From the NCBI GenBank assembly GCA_964016885.1, contig OZ024740.1:376402001-376466000 (forward strand): a DNA stretch of 64,000 nt. Reading direction: 5' to 3'. Below, in pieces: positions 58,731 through 64,000 of this stretch (positions are counted from its first letter, which is position 1; the number at the start of each line of letters is the position of its first letter). The stretch is from Eledone cirrhosa (lineage: Eukaryota). The notes below the pieces were generated by a model. The model was not told where the DNA came from, did not search any database, and saw only the letters and a program-made list of their open reading frames with translations. Made by a program: the position numbers and the translations under genes.

Positions 58731-59567
58731 AGAAACGTAGTCTATAGCATAAGATGTACAGAGGGTACTTGCAGAAACATGACAACAACATACATAGGTG
58801 AGACAGCTCGTAGCATAGGTGAAAGGATAGACCAACACTGGGGGAACTAAAAGGAGGAAAAAACGGGTTAGTACTATACGAACATGCTAGACAACAACAT
58901 GACAGTAACATAGACAACATAGAAATTAGAATAATATCTAAACATAGAAATGACCAAGCAGATAGGCAAATCAGAGAGGCCACTGAAATAGAAATTAGAA
59001 GACCAAGGCTAAACAGAAAGAATGAATGGAATAACAACAACACCCAAACAAACAACACTGACCTAAGAGAAGTATAAATAAGTAAATAATATAAAATAAA
59101 TAAATAAATAAATAAATAAATACATACACAAGCACAATAACAACAAGCGCATAAACACACACTATTCACCCATCACACAGCAAACAAAACACTATACACA
59201 CACGCAAACGCATGCGCAAAGAAGACAAAATAAAATAAAAAAACAAGCAAATAAATAAATAAATGTATAGACAGACTGAATAAAAATGGCGTAGACATAC
59301 AATACAACAGGAGGAAAATACAGCACCACTGACGATGTTGCAGATGTGCAACGAAAGATTTATGATAAACTATATATATGTGTTTGTGTCTATATTGTAT
59401 CTGTATTATTTTTGACCGCCGGTCAGTCAATGGCAACATTGAGGGCCGAGTAAGTTAGATTACCGATATAAAAGAGACAGAAGCGAGAAGCGAAAACCAA
59501 CCAAACAGTGAGTGTGTTCTGTTATTAATTCTGGCAATATTACACAAATATGACCCTCCCCAAGTAT

Positions 59568-59570
<3 letters not shown>
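58731..59570 (+). mobile_element. PLE 3' fragment: GIY-YIG domain + pseudo-LTR
   Basis: [62 protein letters not shown] (58731-59085, one stop); TA tracts on both sides. Confidence 0.88.
59324..59367 (+). ncRNA. Hammerhead ribozyme (stem I decayed) in the PLE pseudo-LTR
   Basis: CACCA-CTGACGA-tGTTGCA-gatg-TGCAAC-GAAA-gatt-TA-TGATA. Confidence 0.65.
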
Positions 59571-59631
<61 letters not shown>

Positions 59632-59633
<2 letters not shown>

Positions 59634-61210
59634 TAGACTAACACTTATTGAATTTCAGAATGAATACTGGACCAGAAACACATACAGTAATCTTTTTGAT
59701 ATTACTATGGGTTCAAGCGATTCCGCCCAAATTACTGATCTTGTGGGCCTCTTTCTCCTTTTCAACATAAATGCCTCTTTTCCCCACCTCAAAGGTGGTT
59801 TATATCGTGATGACTGTCTTCTTCTTTCTAACAACCTTAGCCTTTCAGAAATCGAAAAAAAACAAAAAACATATTAGAACTTTCCTTAAAGACTATTATA
59901 ATCTTAATATTACTTTTGAAAAAACAAGTAAAGTAGTAAATTTCCTAGATATAACTTTAGATTTAGCTACGGGTATCTACCAACCTTACCATAAACCTAA
60001 CCAAAACTTACATTACATACACTCACAATCTAATCACCCTAAATCTATCCTTAAAAACCTTGCATATAATATATCACTTAGAATTTCTAACCTTTCTTCT
60101 AACCAAGATGTATTTGATAAAAATGCGACCTTTTATAATGAAGCTCTAGATAGAAGTGGCCACAAAAATAGATTAGAGTATATACCTTCTACTAAAAATA
60201 CTGAAAGCATACAACATAATATTACCAACAAACACCAAATGAAAAGTACACACCTAAATGCCACCCACAATATACCCCAAAATACTAAATCTTCTAATAT
60301 AAAGTATAGTAACCCTCAAAAAACTACTCATCATACAACTATAATAAATATTAATAATAAAACTCCTAATAAAAAAGATAAAACACCTAAATCTACAAAT
60401 ATAACTAAAAATAGTTGTGGTGAGATCATTAACATTAATCCTCCTAGTAAAAATCATGATACAACCTATAAAAATAATAAAAATAATAAACAACATAGAA
60501 ACCGTAATAGACGGGTTACTTGGTATAATGCTCCTTTTAATTTACAAGTTAAGGATAATATTGCTAAAAAATTTTTTTATATCCTTGAGAAAAACTTCCC
60601 GCCAAACCACAAATACCATCAAATCTTAAATAGGTCTACAGTTAAATTCTCATACTCTACAACAAATAACATAAAACAAAATATAAGTGCATATAATGCA
60701 TATAAATGTAAGAAAACCATAAGTATACCACCAGTACATCAAATTAACCATAATATCTCCTCAAATACAGAATTAACGAAAGGATGTAACTGTAGAAACA
60801 AAGCAAACTGCCCATTAAAAGGGAATTGTCTTGTTAACAACATAATCTATAAATGTAATGTTAAAACTAAAGATTCTATTTGCTCATATATAGGAGCTAC
60901 CTCTAACAATTTTAAGACAAGGTTTAATACCCACAAGCATAGTTTTAAAAATGCCGCACTGGCTAATACAACATCTCTAGCAGAAAAAATCAATAGTTAT
61001 AAAAATAAGAATATAAAATATGATTTGACCTGGAGTGTGCTCAAAAGAGCCACCCCTTATCAAAATAATAGAAATGAATGTAGATTATGTTCCCAAGAAC
61101 TATTTGAAATAATGAAGTCTAAGGATATCTTATTAAATAAACGACAGGAATTAATTATATCGTGTAATCATAAACTAAAAAAAACATTTAAATATTATAA
61201 ACCTAATTAA
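59632..61210 (+). pseudogene. Naiad-type PLE RT + GIY-YIG, 5'-truncated, one frameshift in the A-run at about 59860
   Basis: FDITMGSSDSAQITDLVG..GGLYRDDCL (frame upstream of the listed ORF), then VNFLDITLDL..YIHSQSNHP..WYNAPF..CNCRNKANCPLKGNC..IIYKC..YIGATSNNFKTRFNTH..CRLCSQE..CNH. Confidence 0.92.
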
Positions 61211-61669
61211 TAACATTATTCTAGAAATTAATTTAATTTAAATGTTAGTTAACCTATAAATTTAATTTAATTAATATTTTATTACAGATGAGAATATAAA
61301 ATATTATGTAATCATAAATTGTGAAAAACCTTTAAATATTACTAATATATACTTAGTAATTTAATTTATAGATTAATTTTAATTTATTTAAACCTTTTAT
61401 TATAACTCTTTTACAGATAAAATATAACAAAATAATATCGTGTATCCAATGACAGAGAAATAATTTTTAGTATTATAGACCTAATTAATATACATTTTGG
61501 AAATATATTTATTATTTGGTTTTAGTTTTAATCAACCTAAAAATTTTAATTTTAATTTGCTTAAAATTAGTATCCTTATACAGACGAATTGCAGAATGTC
61601 ATGTAATCATAGAATGGGATGTGTTTTGGATATATACCTAGTTAATATATTCTGTGCAATTTTTTGAAA

Positions 61670-61745
61670 AAGATATGTATATGTATATGTGTATGTGTAT
61701 GTGTGTGTGTGTGTATGTGTATCTGTATGTATGTACATATGTGTA

Positions 61746-61784
<39 letters not shown>

Positions 61785-63242
61785 ATATGTATGTGTATGT
61801 GTATGTGTATGTATATGTATATGTATGCGTATTAATTTTGATTTCTATTTGCATATAATTATATTATGCTATTGATGAAATACAATATCTGCTTTATGTA
61901 TTGTATACCTAATTAACATATACTATTGAAATAAATATATAATTTTTAATTTAGTTAACATATAATTTATATGCTACTACCGATGTAATACTTTATTTTA
62001 TTTTTATTTGGGTTTCTTTTCCCTATTACTAAATTCATTTCCTAATATTGATACCATAACGTTATTAACTTTAATTTAGTTATACTGTAATTAATAATCT
62101 ACTACTGTTTGACTTCAAAATTCTGCTTCAAATATTATAAACCTAACTAATTTACACCTTAGAAATCAATATGTTGACTATCTTTGGTTTAGTTAACATA
62201 TGATTAATGGTATACTTATTTATTTTGAGATGCATAGATTTTGCCTTGGTTCTTGTTTGTCGCATTTCCTAGCACTGAAAATATGTAAGAACATACATTG
62301 GATAAAGATATGGAAAATATTATATGTTTCTTGAAACATATATTTACTTTGATCCCCTTCTCCAAACCCCCCCTTTCCCCCATACTATTATCATCTGTAT
62401 TTGTAAGCGTCTATGTATGAATATATATGTAGGTAGGTGTCTATATAGGTTTGGGTATTTATATCTAAATATAAAAATACATATATGCGCATGCAAATAT
62501 GAATGTAAGATTGCGTGTGTATATATGAGTGTACATATGTATGTATATATATGTATATATATGCATTATATATGTATGTGTATGTGAATGTGTGTATGTA
62601 TATGTGTATGTATGTGTATATATGTGTATGTATGTGTATGCTTGTATATATAGGAATATATATATGTATATATATATATGTATATGGATATGCGTGTGTA
62701 TGTATGTGTGTGTATGTGTGTTGTATATATATGTATGTCTCTCTATTTATATGTTTATCTTCGTATCTATGTGATATATATGTGTGTGTGTGTGCACGTA
62801 TGTATATGTAAGTGTTTGTGTGTGTTTGTATGTGTGTGTGTATATATGTGTATGTGCGCACACACACATACACATATATATATGTGAGTGTGTATATGTG
62901 TCTGTGTATGTGTGTGTGTGTATATATATATATATATGTGTATATATATATATAGATATATATATATATATAGGTGTCTATGTGTGAATATATGTCTTTA
63001 TTCGTATGTGTGTATTTATGTATGTATATGTTTATGTGTATGTATGTATGTGTATGTATGTATGTATATATATATATATATATATGTATATGTATATATA
63101 TATATGTATATTATTCTTTATTATTATAATATAACTTATGTGTATATGTGTATAAGTGAGTTTGTGTATGTGTTTATAATATGTGTATATATAAGTGTAA
63201 AAAAATATATATATATATATGTGCATGTCTGTTTTTTATGTG

Positions 63243-63274
<32 letters not shown>

Positions 63275-63343
63275 CGTGTGTATATATATATATATATATA
63301 TGTGGGTGTTTGTATGTGTATTTATGGTGGTATGAGTGTGTGG

Positions 63344-63375
<32 letters not shown>

Positions 63376-63722
63376 GTATGAGTGTATGTGTGTGTATATA
63401 TATATATACATATATATATGTGTATATATATGTATATATATATGTGTATGTATGTGTGTATATATATATATCTCTATTAATGCGTGTGTGTATGTATATA
63501 CATATGCCTTTTTATTATTATTTTTATTTGTATGTCTGAGTTAGGTGAGGTTGTAGTGTTTTTTATGTATATACGCATATATGGAAGCGTATGTATTTAT
63601 ATATATGAGTATAAGTAGGTGCATATGTATGTATGATTATATATCTAATTCTATGTATGAATGTACATCTATATATATATATGTGTGTATGTAAGTTGTG
63701 TGTGTATGTATCTATATGTCTA

Positions 63723-63753
<31 letters not shown>

Positions 63754-63838
63754 GTATATCGATGTGCGTATATGTATGTACATGTATGTACATGTATGTG
63801 TGTATGTATGTGTATGTATATTTAGATGTATGTGTATG

Positions 63839-63883
<45 letters not shown>

Positions 63884-64000
63884 ATATATATATATGGATA
63901 TATATCTTTATTATTTATTTTTTATATATATGTGTATGTGTGTATGTGTTGCGTGTGTGTGTGTGTGTATATATATATCTTTATATATGTGTATGTGTAT
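61670..64000. repeat. Extended degenerate (TA/TG)n low-complexity region
   Basis: Alternating purine-pyrimidine tracts make up most of the interval. Confidence 0.85.

Noticed and set aside
59771-59860. N-terminus of the 479-aa ORF (MPLFPTSKVV...) as a signal/TM peptide
   Set aside because: Out-of-frame reading; the true RT frame (GGLYRDD) is shifted upstream of the A-run

Overview
AT-rich, microsatellite-laden animal genomic DNA, probably cephalopod/octopod (inferred from the tRNA-head/Nin-domain SINE family and repeat landscape). No intact host gene can be supported. The window is a graveyard of retroelements: about 10 SINE copies (several with TSDs), RTE fragments, a full-length decayed Vingi LINE starting with an HDV-like ribozyme, a decayed L1/Tx1 element, an R4/Dong-like remnant, a mariner fragment and at least four Penelope-like elements (PLEs; RT + GIY-YIG, two of Naiad type). 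There are also many small fold-back PLE pseudo-LTR remnants with hammerhead or hammerhead-variant motifs. The standout is an 8.6-kb array (46444-55061) of about 18.5 near-identical 467-bp units. Each unit carries a minimal type I hammerhead ribozyme within a highly self-complementary sequence. The units form two divergent arms (about 12.25 + 6.2 units) inserted in a (TA)n tract next to a Penelope ORF. This looks like a recent, twin-primed, rolling-circle reverse-transcribed insertion of a viroid-like circular RNA (non-LTR retrozyme). All alignments and folds were done by eye.
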